The translations under genes were made by a program, and so were the position numbers. From positions 34,410,001 through 34,474,000 of the forward strand of contig CM114271.1 in assembly GCA_050084515.1 (NCBI GenBank): DNA of 64,000 nt. Reading direction: 5' to 3'. This document shows, in pieces, positions 39,201 to 51,901 of the stretch; position 1 is the first letter of the stretch; the number at the start of each line of letters is the position of its first letter. Under the pieces are notes generated by a model. That model made no database searches. It had not been told where the DNA came from and saw only the letters and a program-made list of their open reading frames with translations. This stretch comes from Blasia pusilla (lineage: Eukaryota).

Positions 39201-40560
39201 ACTACAGCAAATGAACGGCCCTAAACTCTACTCATGCAAAAAGAACCTTTTATCGACTCATGCAAGAGCAAGAATCAACACGATGCAATCTCGGTTTTTG
39301 GTGGAAGAAAACACAGTAAAGAAAGCAATCGGCTAAAGATGTCGAACAGTCAAACTTGGTACAAAAGCAAGTGAGGCAAGGAAAACCAGCAAAAAATGGC
39401 GGCCTTGTAGGGAAATGATTCACCCAAACTACAGGGTTTAGAAGCCAAAACACTACAAGGAACTATAGCACAAGCCATAAACAAGAGACATTCCCAAGAT
39501 CCTACTGGCTCTGCAATGTAGACCCACGGTGGATTGAAACTGTGATAGTCCGCTGGCAAGAAAAAAATGTGAGATGGGTAAAAACTGCTGGAGGCGAGAG
39601 TTGTGACAGTCTGCGGTCAAGAAAAAAATGTGAGGCGGGCAAGAAAATGATGTGAGGCAGGCGTAAATCTGCAACATGCGAGAGTCGCGAAAAGAAAAAA
39701 GGAGTCACGGGTGAGAAAAAAATGTGAGGCGAGCAGTGTCAAGCACCATTGCCGCAAGCAAGGGTCGCAAGACTCAAATTGTCACAAAGACAAGCGAAAG
39801 GGCGCTGAGTCGAGAGTTTCTAGATCCAAAGTTCCCAAACTATCACAAACAAGAGAAAAAAGGTGCCAAAACGTGAGGAGTCGAGGGCCCAAGAGCTATG
39901 AGCGATGGAGCATGGACTGGTCGAGAGCCTAAACTAGACGAAAGTGAGAAGGCAAAGTGCGAGGCAGCAAGAGCTCACAGGAAGAGTGAGGCAAGAGCTG
40001 CAAGACTCGGGAGGCCTTGAGCGAATGTGGAAATTTGCAAATGAGGCCCCCCTGCCTTGCAGCCAGTTACCCCTCGATTCCCTAGATGCCCCAACAGCCC
40101 AACTGCCCCATTGAGCCCACTCCCCGACTCCCAACATTCAAGTGCCACACTACCACAGTGCCACTCCCCACCTCGACTCCAGACTCTTGACTTGCAGTTG
40201 CGTCTTGCCCTAAGGCCCCTAACAACAACCCTACTAGAGAGGGAGGAGATGTGTCCTCCCATCTAACGGTTGCGGTGTAAAGTTTGTTTTTTGGTATCCA
40301 AAAGCTACCGCGGGAACATTCCAACCCTATGAAAATTCTTACCAGGAAAAAGCCGACCAGTTCGTCTCGGGAACCACATATTTCCGACATGTCTCCGCCG
40401 TGAACAGGGAAATATGGACAATAAGAACAGATGCACATCCAATTTCCGAATGAGGCGGCAATGTTGTCGGAAACCCAGCCGCAGTCCCAATTTCGGGGTC
40501 AAAATTTATAGTTTTCAACCGGCTAGGTATACTCCTGGCCCCGGTTCTCTGCGCTCATTG
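36238..40560 (-). mobile_element. Inner hAT transposon carrying the transposase
   Basis: Candidate TSD CTAAGTCC (36230-36237) / TTGAGTCC (40561-40568). The TIR is weak: CAGGGTCCGGACAG vs CAATGAGCGCAGAG. The interval encloses the transposase. Confidence 0.55.
36702..39020 (-). pseudogene. hAT transposase (ZNF862-like), frameshifted and with stops
   Basis: Four consecutive ORFs: Zn-finger-like FDWI...ILCKVCK...DHGKSKEH; IMIDESMD; FDSNRASTMVG; HCVAHRTNLA; IRWLSR; and dimerisation domain CQRAFSILNNIKTKSRNRL. Confidence 0.93.
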
Positions 40561-41741
40561 TTGAGTCCCCCTTTATTGCCTTGCCCACCTTTGCCCTAGA
40601 TTCCACCATGAACCATAAAGTGTGGGCCCCACCTTTTGTAATCCATGTGCGTTGACATGTCCAAACTTATCCATCCTAGGAAGTGACTTGTTCATTTTCT
40701 TGCAATCATGTCCCTTACTGAGCATGTTCTTGGCTCATTCTTTCATAAAGCCTTTGAAAGAACGGCCTAATATGCCATGCCCTCATGAAGTAGATCAATA
40801 ATGGGGTCATTTGGCAAAAAAAACACACAAATTTTTTGCATTGATAGGAGTAGACTACTAATGACCATGAAATAAAATTGGACAATAAAGATTAGAAGAT
40901 TGGGTTATTTGTAGAAACCTTTGACATATATGACCTCCTCATTACATTTTTCTCCAATGTTCTTATTTGTTGAGTGTCATTTTCAAAAAATTATCATTAT
41001 CATTGATTGTTTATGTTGGCAAAAGTACGAGTGGAAAGAAGCATTGTGTAACATCGGCATGGATTAAGCCACAAAGTCCTAGGGCATAAAAGTCCAAAAC
41101 TACTAGAAGTAAGTTATAAGTTTAGTTCTTGTAAGTGGAAGAGCTATGCAACAAGATAAAATCTCCAAGATTCATCATGAAATCAAATGAAATTTCTTCT
41201 ATGTCACATATCTCCTCTAAGTATGGTACATACTTTACGATTCAATTAAATCTATATGATAATCAAAGAAAGGAGGGTCATATATTTTGTAAAAGTGGTT
41301 TTCGGGATAAGTGAAGCTACTTCCCATAAAGGTAAGCTTAGGTTATCTATTTTAGGGAAAAAAAACCTCCTTGCGAAAATTCCCCATTGTGCTTCAAAGA
41401 TGTAGTTTGATGTGATTCGATTTGATATATTTTATTCAATTTTCTATGGGGCATATATGTATCATAATTCTAAAATTCTTAATCCTTTTGATATTTGTAA
41501 TCATTTGTACAGGCATGAGTGGAAATAGAGGTGTTGGTGGAGGTTCTCTAATTTAGAGAAGAAATGTGGAGATTGAATGCAGAGGAGAAAATGGAAGAGG
41601 AGGACGAAGCAAAGCGAAGAACCAAAATGCTAGATCTGCGGTGAAGCGGAGGGAAACGAGGGAGAGGAAAGTCATTGAACCTTGGAAGTAGACTTGCACA
41701 TTCCTTTCTCTTGTCATTGATCGCCCTCCATATATACTTAT

Positions 41742-41771
41742 GCTAGTGCATTGCACGAGCGCTTTAACTAG
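41742..41771 (+). mobile_element. Helitron 3' terminus
   Basis: Hairpin GCTAGTGCATTGCACGAGC followed by CTAG|T. The 5' end was not located. Confidence 0.55.
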
Positions 41772-43256
41772 TTAGTATATAATACATTAGGAGAGTCTTG
41801 TAATCTTATAAAGCATTCAAATCTCAAGAGAGCTTGGCTTATGTTCACAAAAGCCTTACATATGTTTGCGATCCTTTTTTATTATTGTAGAACATGACCT
41901 TCTAGTTTAAACCTTTCCTTTGGAATTGACGATAGATTTTCTCAAAGTTATTATGTTGAATATTTTCAAAAAAAATCTCAAATTCACTATCCAAAAATCA
42001 AATATATCTAACATAGAAATATTTATTGGAGTATTTCATTTTCTACATAAATCATCAAGAATGGAAAAAAAACTATTGGTATTCATTACACCTAGGTTAA
42101 TAACACATCCCTTTTCTGGTATCACATCTCTTTTGGTGAAATTATAGAATTAGCCTCTCTTCCTCTCTCTCTCCTCCTCCAATTCCCAAGCGCCTTACAT
42201 TGCCTCGCACATGGTTATCATGGTGTGATGAAGACAATCTAAAGTGAACATGTTGATAATTGTCTACATGTACTACCGCGAAGTGTTAGCACCCTTGCCA
42301 AACTCTATCACAATGGCATACCAGATGGCCTAATGATATGTCGATGGTTGGTCCACCCATATATCACATACACACTTGCCACACCCTCAGGTGAAGAACC
42401 TTCTTCACCTCTAACATCTTTGGATATCAGAGTGGCTCAACATAATGCGCATCCCAGATTTGGTCTCCCCTCGCTTCAAGATTGGAGACATTGCTACTTT
42501 GATGACCATCCTTGAACCTATCCCTAGAGCCACTACTTTTGCATCTTGCATTACGCTATGCAGCAGTGGAATTGTAGCTCATTGTAGACCACAAAGACAC
42601 TCATTATATTCATTCCAAATGCTACCACTAGTAATAAAATTGATGAAATTTGATGTATGATGTTAAGGAGGGAAAGAAGGATATATATAATTTAATTTTT
42701 TGCTGAATCATTCCCATTATCTATAATATTCTTTGTATGAACTCCTTCCATTTTGGGTTCCAAAATTTTCACATTTATCTAAGGTTTGATAAAAAAAATT
42801 GATAAAAAAAATTTAGGTTGGTATATCCACCAAAATTATTACTTATTTTCTTAAAAAAGATTTCCACTATTCGAGATAGTTCGTGAATATTTTCACCCAA
42901 AATTTCTAATCCATGTTATCTTCACCAAAAAAATTTATATTTAATCATTTATTTATAATATAATCTCCTATTTTATTCATAATATATTTTATTTATAATA
43001 TAATAAACTTAGATAATTTTGAAATATAATATCCCGACTTATTTATAAAATATATATTAATAAAATAAATACCATGTAATGTAGATTAAATTTTATTTTA
43101 GATCATTAACCATTGACTCTTAAAAAAGGTGTTAAGTATTATGACATCATTTGTCCTCTATTCGGCAATAACTTATTATAATCCCAATTCATCGTTGTTT
43201 TACTTATCGGAAAATCTACATTTTCGATCAACGCAATTACCATGAATTTTTTTTTA

Positions 43257-43425
43257 ACGAATAAAACATTCAGAAATTTTGAATTAGGAAATAAATATTT
43301 TTTTTTGCATGATTAAAAATTGAAAATATTTTCCACTCTTCTTCACGAATAAAAACATTCAGAAAATTTGAATTAGCCCATAATTTTGTTCGAATGATTA
43401 AAAATAGAAAATACTTTCCACTCTT
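43257..43425. repeat. Direct duplication of about 88 bp
   Basis: acgaataaaa(a)cattcagaaa.tttgaattag...atgattaaaaat.gaaaata.tttccactctt occurs twice. Confidence 0.8.
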
Positions 43426-44213
43426 CAATTAAGAAAGGCGTAGAATATGTCCACATGTGGTTACCTATCACAACCTACTGCAGTAGGCGTGATCTTTATT
43501 CCGTCCGTAGCATCCATGATATATCCGTGGGAGAGACAGAGAATCCAAGCCCTCCAATTTCCTCGGTCACGATGCACTTAGCCGGCCTAAGTGCATCATC
43601 GGCGTGCTTAATTAAATACCTATCACGCAGCCGCACCGGACCACCGGTTTACTCCGTCCATTTCAGGTCCCACCATGACCGCTTCGCACGCCGATCATGT
43701 TTTAGTCGTTGGGCGTAGTTTGTCCCTAGCGGATGGTTTCTCTTTCGGGCCGACGCAGAAGGATGGAGTTGACGCGCTTTCCTTTCAAAATGGAAGGAAT
43801 GCGCGCTTTTTGTTGGAGACTAGTGAGTTAGATGGGCCTCCGAAGAGCATGTTCACAGAATTTAATAAATTCATTTTTTAATTTTTTAAATATTATAATA
43901 AGTAAGCGAGATACCTCAGAACTTCATAAGGGTATGTTCACAGCATGTAAATAAAAAATTATTTTATTAATAAATACAAGAAAGTGAGATCCCGAAGATA
44001 AGAGAATGTTCGGAGAATATAAATGATGCGATAGAATACTCATAATTTTATGCTATTTGTATAGTGGGAGGGTTGGGATGGAAACGGGTAATAAAAGTAT
44101 TTTACTTGTAAGTTGTAACAATTGAGGGAGAAAAAAGGGAGAGAAATTTGTGGTATGGGTTTCTTCTCATGTGATATGAAATCTTTCCAATTTTTTCTCG
44201 ATCATTTCAAATA

Positions 44214-44355
44214 CTAGTTAGTACCCGTGAGAGACCGTGCAATGCACGGTTCAATACATTTACGCGTTAATGTACACGTGTCGGGTTTAGGGCGTCATGT
44301 GTGAGATCATGAAAGTGTCGCCATGTCAAAATTACTGCTAAGATTATAGTATAGA
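44214..44355 (-). mobile_element. Complete 142-bp mini-Helitron
   Basis: Minus strand reads A|TCTATACTATAATC...ACCGTGCATTGCACGGT...CTAG|T, with an A|T insertion site and no TSD. Confidence 0.78.
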
Positions 44356-47107
44356 TTAAAGCCTGAAAATATTGTGGACACATATTCCGGACATTGACCG
44401 TGAAGAATCTTTGCTATCACCTTATTATTAAGGTGTCACTCATTCATTTTGAAGACCAATGAATGAGTGACTACTTGGATGTTTTCATAATTTTCAATTT
44501 TATGGACAAGTAGAACGAGGGGAAGTTTCTAAAAATCGCATTTTTTTAATTTTTAAGATTCATGATTTAAATAAAATATTCCAAATTACCTCATACTTTT
44601 TATTATATTTTATAATTTTTAATTTAAAATTATTTTTTAAAGCTTCATCCCAAGAAATGTGTTACAAAAAATACTTTCCAAGATTATTTTGGAGGGATAC
44701 TTAATCATATTTTGGGAAAAAAATGAAAACAAGATAATAAGATAGCGTTGGGAAGAATTTACTCTTCAAGAAACATTTTTTTAATTAGTTTTATTTTTCT
44801 AGTTTGATTGGGATAAATTTTGATCAAATGGGTGATTTTCTTTTATTCATTGAAAGGTGGGGATTGGAAAAGGAATAACTTATGTTTCCTCCAGTTAATA
44901 AAGGAATTTCTTTTTTTTTGGAAAGCCAAATTATACGCATTATTGAGGAAATCTATCGTGATTCATTTTTTTCATCTTTTAGAATGTTAAACTCCAATAA
45001 CTTCACATCATTATCCTTCATGCATGAGTCGTATCATTTTCCATCATCTCACCTAATGCATCACTTGGTGAATTTTTAAATTAATTAATTTCAATAGTTT
45101 TTATTAGTGTTTCCTATGAGGTCACGGAATACAAACCTTTCAAGTGTGACTCTTTTTGTTAAGTGTCAAAATCTAGAGTGTACCTAATGAACTGCTAACA
45201 AAAACAAGAATATGATTAGTACCTTTATGTTGGTATTATTTAATGATCTAGTGGACCCTCTCTAGCTCTCTAGAGAGAGAATCCATCAAACTTCATCCCT
45301 CTAGTCTTCATATGCATCTCCCTCCTCTCGGAGGTACCCAACTTTCCCTTTTTAGAGGGATAGAAAATGATAAAGTAAGATTGATTTGTTCCTTGTTCCC
45401 TATCCCATCTCCTTGCCCTTTTGAAATTTATTCCCTCTTACTTCTATTGAAAATTTCTAATTTCTTTTATAAAATTGGAAGCCCTTTAATATTGAGGATT
45501 TATATATTTCTATTTCCCCCCCTTTCCAATTGAGATTTTTTGAGTAATCCTTACAAAACTCTTTTCCCCCCTCTTGAAAAGTAAACATTATCTCTTATTC
45601 AAGCATTCAATTGAAATAAAAAAACTTAGGTTTTCTTATTTTATATGAAACCCTCTCTTGTTGAAAATTTAAAACTCTCTTTTCCCTCTCTCACTTATAT
45701 AAAATCTTATCTCCTCTTACTGTTTATGTAAAATCATTCCTAGCTTGTTAAAAATGGAACACTTTCTCTCATCCGGATCCCCTCTCCTATTGAAAATAAA
45801 ACCCTTAGGATATTTTTTAAATCCCTCCTTTGTTGAGAATTTTATTTCCTTATTTCTACCCTTCATATACAAAAACAAAAACCTCTCAATGAATTTTTTA
45901 CGAAGCCTAAGGAAGGTGGCACAAGAAGTGAGTTCAATGTCTAATATGTGATGTAATAAAAAATCATAATTAGTAATTTAGTGATTAATAATTTGGTGCT
46001 ATGTATTATATATATCATAGGGATAGAGATAAAAAAAAAAAAAGGATGACAGAAACATCTGTAAGTATGAAATTGTGCCTATGAAAGAATATCATGGTTA
46101 GCTTCTTCTGATGAAATATCGAGTAAAATACTTCCCGTCATGGAAATATGATTTAAGAACTTTCCCCAATTGATATTTTTGCAAGCTCAAAGATTCAAGA
46201 ATTTCCATGGAGTATTTTTGGACACGTGTTGGAATTGTTAGGATTCCACATAAAATTGTCTCGTGTTTTCTTTCATTTTTTTTACTATGGTTAGTTCTAC
46301 AAATTATGGTGGAAAGTTTACCATGGCTACAAGTCTCAGTTAGTTTACTAGTTACCTCTTAAACCATTATTGTTAGTTTTGGTTATGTTAAATTGTGCAC
46401 ATGGTGTGCTGGCCTACCCATGTTGTGTTGGGTTGTTGTGTTGTCCTGCTCATAGTGTGCTAGCCTATTCCTGGTGTGCTGGTCCTTCCACCTTGCCTTA
46501 CCATGCAGTGGTCCCTTCTGATGGTCTCTTCTAAGAAACTATATAATTCCCTCTCTCTTTCCTACTTCTTTGATTCACTTCTACTTATGCCCTCTAAGGC
46601 TGTGTGCTTTGAGATTAGCTCCTACATACATGAACCTTTGTTGGTGCCTTGATCAACTAAGAAGGAATGTGCATTGGTGTGGAGAATGCTCCAAGAACCA
46701 ATTTAGCACATACTCCTGCATCTTGATTTCAACCACCTCTCTTCAGATCTTGTGTATTCTAATAAGGTGTTGCTTTGCCAGCTTCTCAATAGAAGTTTGA
46801 GACTAGTTTTGCATGCAATCCATTTCAGATATTTCAGGTTTGTAAGTGATTACCCTCATATACATGGTTCAGTGGAAGATCCTGTCGGGATCTTCTATCT
46901 TTATGTGCTTTAAAAGTTTTAAAAGTAAGATATGAGAGAAGTAGAATTCGGATTTCTATTAGGAATTCTACAATTTAACAATTAAGAAGGCTAACACAAA
47001 TAATGATAATAATAATCACCATGGATTTTTTGTGAATATTTATAACAAAGAAAATATAACCTTACACCCCCTTATTTGAAAAAATACAATTTATCCTTCT
47101 CTTCACA

Positions 47108-47110
<3 letters not shown>

Positions 47111-47177
<67 letters not shown>
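47111..47177. repeat. (TA)n microsatellite
   Basis: Perfect dinucleotide run. Confidence 0.99.
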
Positions 47178-47179
<2 letters not shown>

Positions 47180-50100
47180 TTTTCCTTATTTATTTAGGGG
47201 AAAATCCCTTCCCTTTTCTAATCCCCACAACTCTATTTATAAAATAAATCATTCCCTTGATTTTCAAAACATATTCTTGTCCTACCATAATCTTATCTTC
47301 AACCCCCACCCCCTTTCATCGGTGATCCAACTTGTTTTTCCAAATATGCTTTAATTTTCCTCCAAACCAAAATCAAATTAATTTTCCAGAAATTCAAATA
47401 ATCTTATTGCTAACTATAGGAAAACTAATAATTAGGATAAAGATTGAGAAAATCTAAAGGATGGTAGGAATTAGTTCCAAAAAAATTATAAATACCAAAA
47501 TGTATGCCCTTTTCTTTCCCTCTCCTTAGGTTAGTAGAGTAAACAGTAGAAACAAAAACTGAGAGAAAGGCTTCCCATGTGGCATGTGGAAAGAGCTTCA
47601 AAGGAAAAGGACTAAGGCCCTTAATAGTATGACTTATCCAAAACCCAAAATTCAATTTTATCCGTGGTCTCTCCCTAGCTTAGTAGAGGAGATATTGAAA
47701 AAAAGCTCCGCATGTGGTAGGTGGATAGCCTCCCAAGAAAAGAGTATTCACATTTAATAAAGGGAATTTCATACACTAGCAAGTTTGAATGCACTAAAGC
47801 AACTTCCACATTTGAAGAAGAAAACAAGGATTACATAATAATACCTTAAATTGATTAGTTTCCATTTCTAACACATAGTCACATGAAGAACTTATTTCGT
47901 TATATTATTAAAAAAATTTACAATTGCTCAAAAAGTATAAGGATGCACGCGAAAAGGAAATTCATTCTATGTCTATATCATTGTCTTAGTAAGTAAAGTT
48001 TTTTCTCATGAATGTGTCTTAGATTTTATATCATATATAAGAAGAGATATTTGATTTTTATTGAAGGAGGGGAATAGAGAAAGGAAAAATTGATGAAATA
48101 AGTGGAAAAGGAAAAGGATCAATTTCCAATAAAAAAGAACTCTCAAGCATTATTTTCAAAGATTCTATTTTTAAAAGTGGATGCGGGTGAGAGATAAGGT
48201 TGAATTTTTGGTAGGAGAAGGATAAAGAAAAAAGATACATTTTCAATAAGGGAGGGAAGCCAAGAATGGGATAAATTTCAACAAGGAATTGTTTTAAAAC
48301 AAATAGTTCCCAATAAAATAAGGTTGAATTTTCAATAGAGTAGGGGAAGAGATAAAAGAAGTAAATTTTTTTGAGAAAATGAATGAATGGATTTATTGTC
48401 TACATGAACCCCACAGGGCCATGGGACTTAGTTTTGCAAAATTAACATCAATTTGAGGAAAGAACCAGCAAAGCACCAACAATGGCTTAAGAGGTCCTAT
48501 GAGCCAAGTACGTTTCCCTAGTCTTTAGACACCAGTGTAAGAATTTAGCAATATGAGAGAGAGAGAGAGATACAAATTTTCAACAAGGGTTACTTAATAT
48601 TTTATTTTATTTTCCAATTTTGAATCATAGAGGGGAGGAAAGAAATTTTGAAGAATGGGTACCTTTTTTTAAAGTTCTTTCAAAGAGGAATTGAGAGAGC
48701 AAATACAAAACTAGTAGGGGTCTTTGCTTTATCTAGAGCGGTAAACATATATGGAGCATGTGTGCAACCTCGATGAGGGCCCATATTGCTTTACTCATTT
48801 TGAAGGAGAGAGGAACGAAGTGCATCTCTGTCCTTCCATCTTCATCTCTAGATTGTGATAAGGAAATAATGTAGAAAAGAAGGGAAGGGATGAGCGGATG
48901 AACAACATGAGGGTAGGCACATAAAACCTCTATTTCTTAGCAAGGATGGGTTTGAAAAGGGTAGATATTGAGAATGAGTTGGTTGGTATACGTAAATTAA
49001 GAAGATAGAGTGATCCTTTGTTTTGTCAAGGGGTCATGGGGGAGGAGCTCTTGTGATGGAGGGAAAGGAAAGTGATGGAATTTTGTCCCTCTTTGATTTG
49101 TTCAAGGGAGGGAGCAAGATGTTGAGATGTTCGTGCATCCTTCCACTCTCATTCTATCTAAGAGGGACATAGGAGAACAATATGTATGTTTGACATGTCC
49201 ATATAAAGGTATCTATCACTCGGAGGGAGGGAGATGCTATGGCACCAAACTAGTTCTCGTTATCACACACTAGATTCTAGAGAAATTTTGGACTTTAACT
49301 CTCCATTCTCCTATAGTATAGATAAAATCTTACTCTTTAGGACACTTTCATCATACAATATCTTGTAGATTAAGGAAATAGTATTCTCTTGTGGAGATGT
49401 TAGTTTATCTCATAGAACACTAGTGAAAAGATGGTACCATCATGCCATGGAGGTGTTTTCATTACCTTCCAAAATGATAATGAACTCTTTAAATTCTCAA
49501 GGGCCATTTTAAATAAATTTTCAGAGATCCTATTTGGTTAAAATGCCAAGTGTCAAGAGGAGAAGAATTTGAAAAATGAAAGGACACTCTTCAATAATAA
49601 TATCGCTTTCAGAATTCTTACTCCTTAAAGTGCTTCACAACATTTTTTGAAGTTCCTTGAAGTTTAGGGTTTTCAGCTCCTCTTGAAGAAAAAATATTAG
49701 AAAAAAAACTCTGAAATACTATAATGTAAGATGAAATGTAGCCCTAATACGAGATGAAATGTAGGAAGGAGAATCCGGGGCTAAATTCCTTCCACTATCA
49801 GCAACTCGTAATTAAACTCCATGGATGCAACAAACATAAAAGTCTAGTATAAGCATGTGAAGAAAAGGATTTGGCATTGTTGAAACTTGGAAGGCTCCCT
49901 TTAGGATGAATGAGTCTTGCCTCAAAGTAACTTATAATTGAAGGTCAAAGAGTTAGTTATAACAAGCATATGAGACACTGCTAAGGTTCATACACAATTT
50001 TAGATCAGAAATAATAGGGGATGGAAATGCTCTAACTGCATTAGTCCGTACTGGTGGGTTCTCAAAGGGGAGATTTAGGCTTGTCGGACTCCCATGTACG

Positions 50101-51369
50101 ACATTTCAAATGGATGGTTGAATTTTATTTTTCAAATAAAAAAAAGGCATACTCTCAAAGAAAGTATTCCATAGGTCCATTATTTATGTAGGAGGCCCCA
50201 TCCCAGTGACATGATGAGAACCGAGAAAATCTCGAGGTTCATTGTTTCCAGACTTTGGGTGGTGTCCTACTTATAGTTATGAACTCGTGATAATAGGGGT
50301 GTCATATTTAGGTACCCTCCCCTCCGGGCCAAAGATTCGTGTGGCACAAATACCATCCAATATATTCATGAATAAGAAAAGTGGCAAGCTCTTCTCTATC
50401 CGGGCATATAAATTTTCAGAGGGAAACTTAAATGTCTACATGGAGACCCTTAATATTTTCTTTCCATTCTGTGGTGACGGAAGGCAGGAAGGAAAGTGCT
50501 ACTATACCAACTCTATTTGAACTCCGAATAATTATTTACAAATAATCTACTAGTAGAGTTTCGCAGAGCGGACCGGTGGAAAATATTAAATCTTCCCCCA
50601 CAAACGAAATAATATCCTCTCCGGTGCGGAAACGACGGGGAAGGCGGGCATGGACGGAACCGGGCCCTAACACAACAACAGAGTGTCGCTCATGCGGAAG
50701 AAAAGAAAAGAAAGGACGTGCGGCGGATGGTGCATAGGGAAAGCTGAAAAACGTCCTTTTGACAGAAGAGAGAATCTACGTGGGTACCTGAGCTCCTGCC
50801 ACATGGGTCCGCACAATTACTACTGCTCGCGAGTTCTAGATCAGTTAGTAAGATGGAGGCCCGATCTCGCCGATCTCCGTGAGGGAGGACGGAGATCGGA
50901 AAGAAGACTTCCGGCGCGTTTCGCGTGACACCAGCCGGCTGGTCGGTCCCGGTTGCCGAGACGAGCGTGAAGTTAGCCGGACTCGGTTGGGTGGCCATCG
51001 CACTGTCGCTAAATCCGTGGAAGGAATTATTGATCGGCGGGAGCCTCGGAAGCGAGACACAGGGCGGGCTGTTACCGGCTGCTGGGACCGGTGAGTAGGT
51101 AGATGCCGGCATCATGAGGGAATAACGTCCGTCCATGACTCTGACCGACCTACGCTGGCGGCGTGTGGCTATCGTGGACCGACGGACCAGCGAGCATACA
51201 GTGAGAGAGTACTACAGGACTGCAGTCACGCTCGCCACTGGAAGTGCGTGAGGTCTGCTGCCCTTGGGAAATCCGAAGGCTCTTGGTAAAACGGATCGGG
51301 GGGGGGTCGAAGGGTTCAGTTCCCCTTCAGGCCTGCGCACTAATAAGAGCGCAGGGGCCCTAGATGGCG

Positions 51370-51544
51370 ACGTGGCGTGGCGTGGCGTGGCGTGGTTATG
51401 GCGGGCCGATGCGGACGTTCGCTTTTCTGTCAACGGGATGGCCCGGCTTCAGTGTGGGGTCTACGCAGTTGTTGCGTGGACGTTGCGGTGATCGAGTCTG
51501 GACTCTGGTGACGGCGAGTCGAGCGTTCGCGAGCGTCTATAAAT
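51370..51544 (+). promoter_or_regulatory. Putative DAHP synthase promoter: ACGTGGC/(CGTGG)5 tract and TATA box
   Basis: TATAAAT at 51538-51544 is followed by a pyrimidine-rich leader and a likely 5'UTR intron (GT 51654 to AG 51900). (CGTGG)x5 lies at 51371-51395. Confidence 0.5.
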
Positions 51545-51901
51545 CCTCTGACATTGCATCTCCTTGTAGACTCCTGATCCAGTCGCTCCTGCGCGCAGCG
51601 AGTGCTGTAGTTCCCTCTTCCTCGTCCTCCTCCTCTCTGGGCTTCGCGGGCAGGTGGTCATTCTCGTGACTGAGTCTGGTGAAGTTGGCGTGAGCCGGGG
51701 AGGGGAGGAGCCTTTTCTCGTTCTTGCCTTTTCTTTTGATGCACCGATTGCGGAGGGCGTAGAACCATTCTTCGTTTCTGCTGGAGAGAAAGCGAGGCAG
51801 AGCTCTGAAATTGATAAATCCCACCCAGTAGTGTCGCGGAGAAGTAATTTCGGTTTATTGCCCCCGTCTCGTCTTCCTTGCACTCTGTATTGTCATCAAG
51901 G

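Larger units (their letters stand above)
36060..40710. mobile_element. Outer hAT-type element (short, split by a nested insertion)
   Basis: Termini CAAGGTTGCA and TGCAATCATG form an imperfect TIR. Flanking 8-mers TCCTTTAC (36052-36059) and TCCCTTAC (40711-40718) form a TSD with one mismatch. Confidence 0.75.

Noticed and set aside
34526..47354. ORFs with SLSLSL (34526-34720) or IYIYIY (47076-47354) runs
   Set aside because: They are translations of (GA)n and (TA)n microsatellites.
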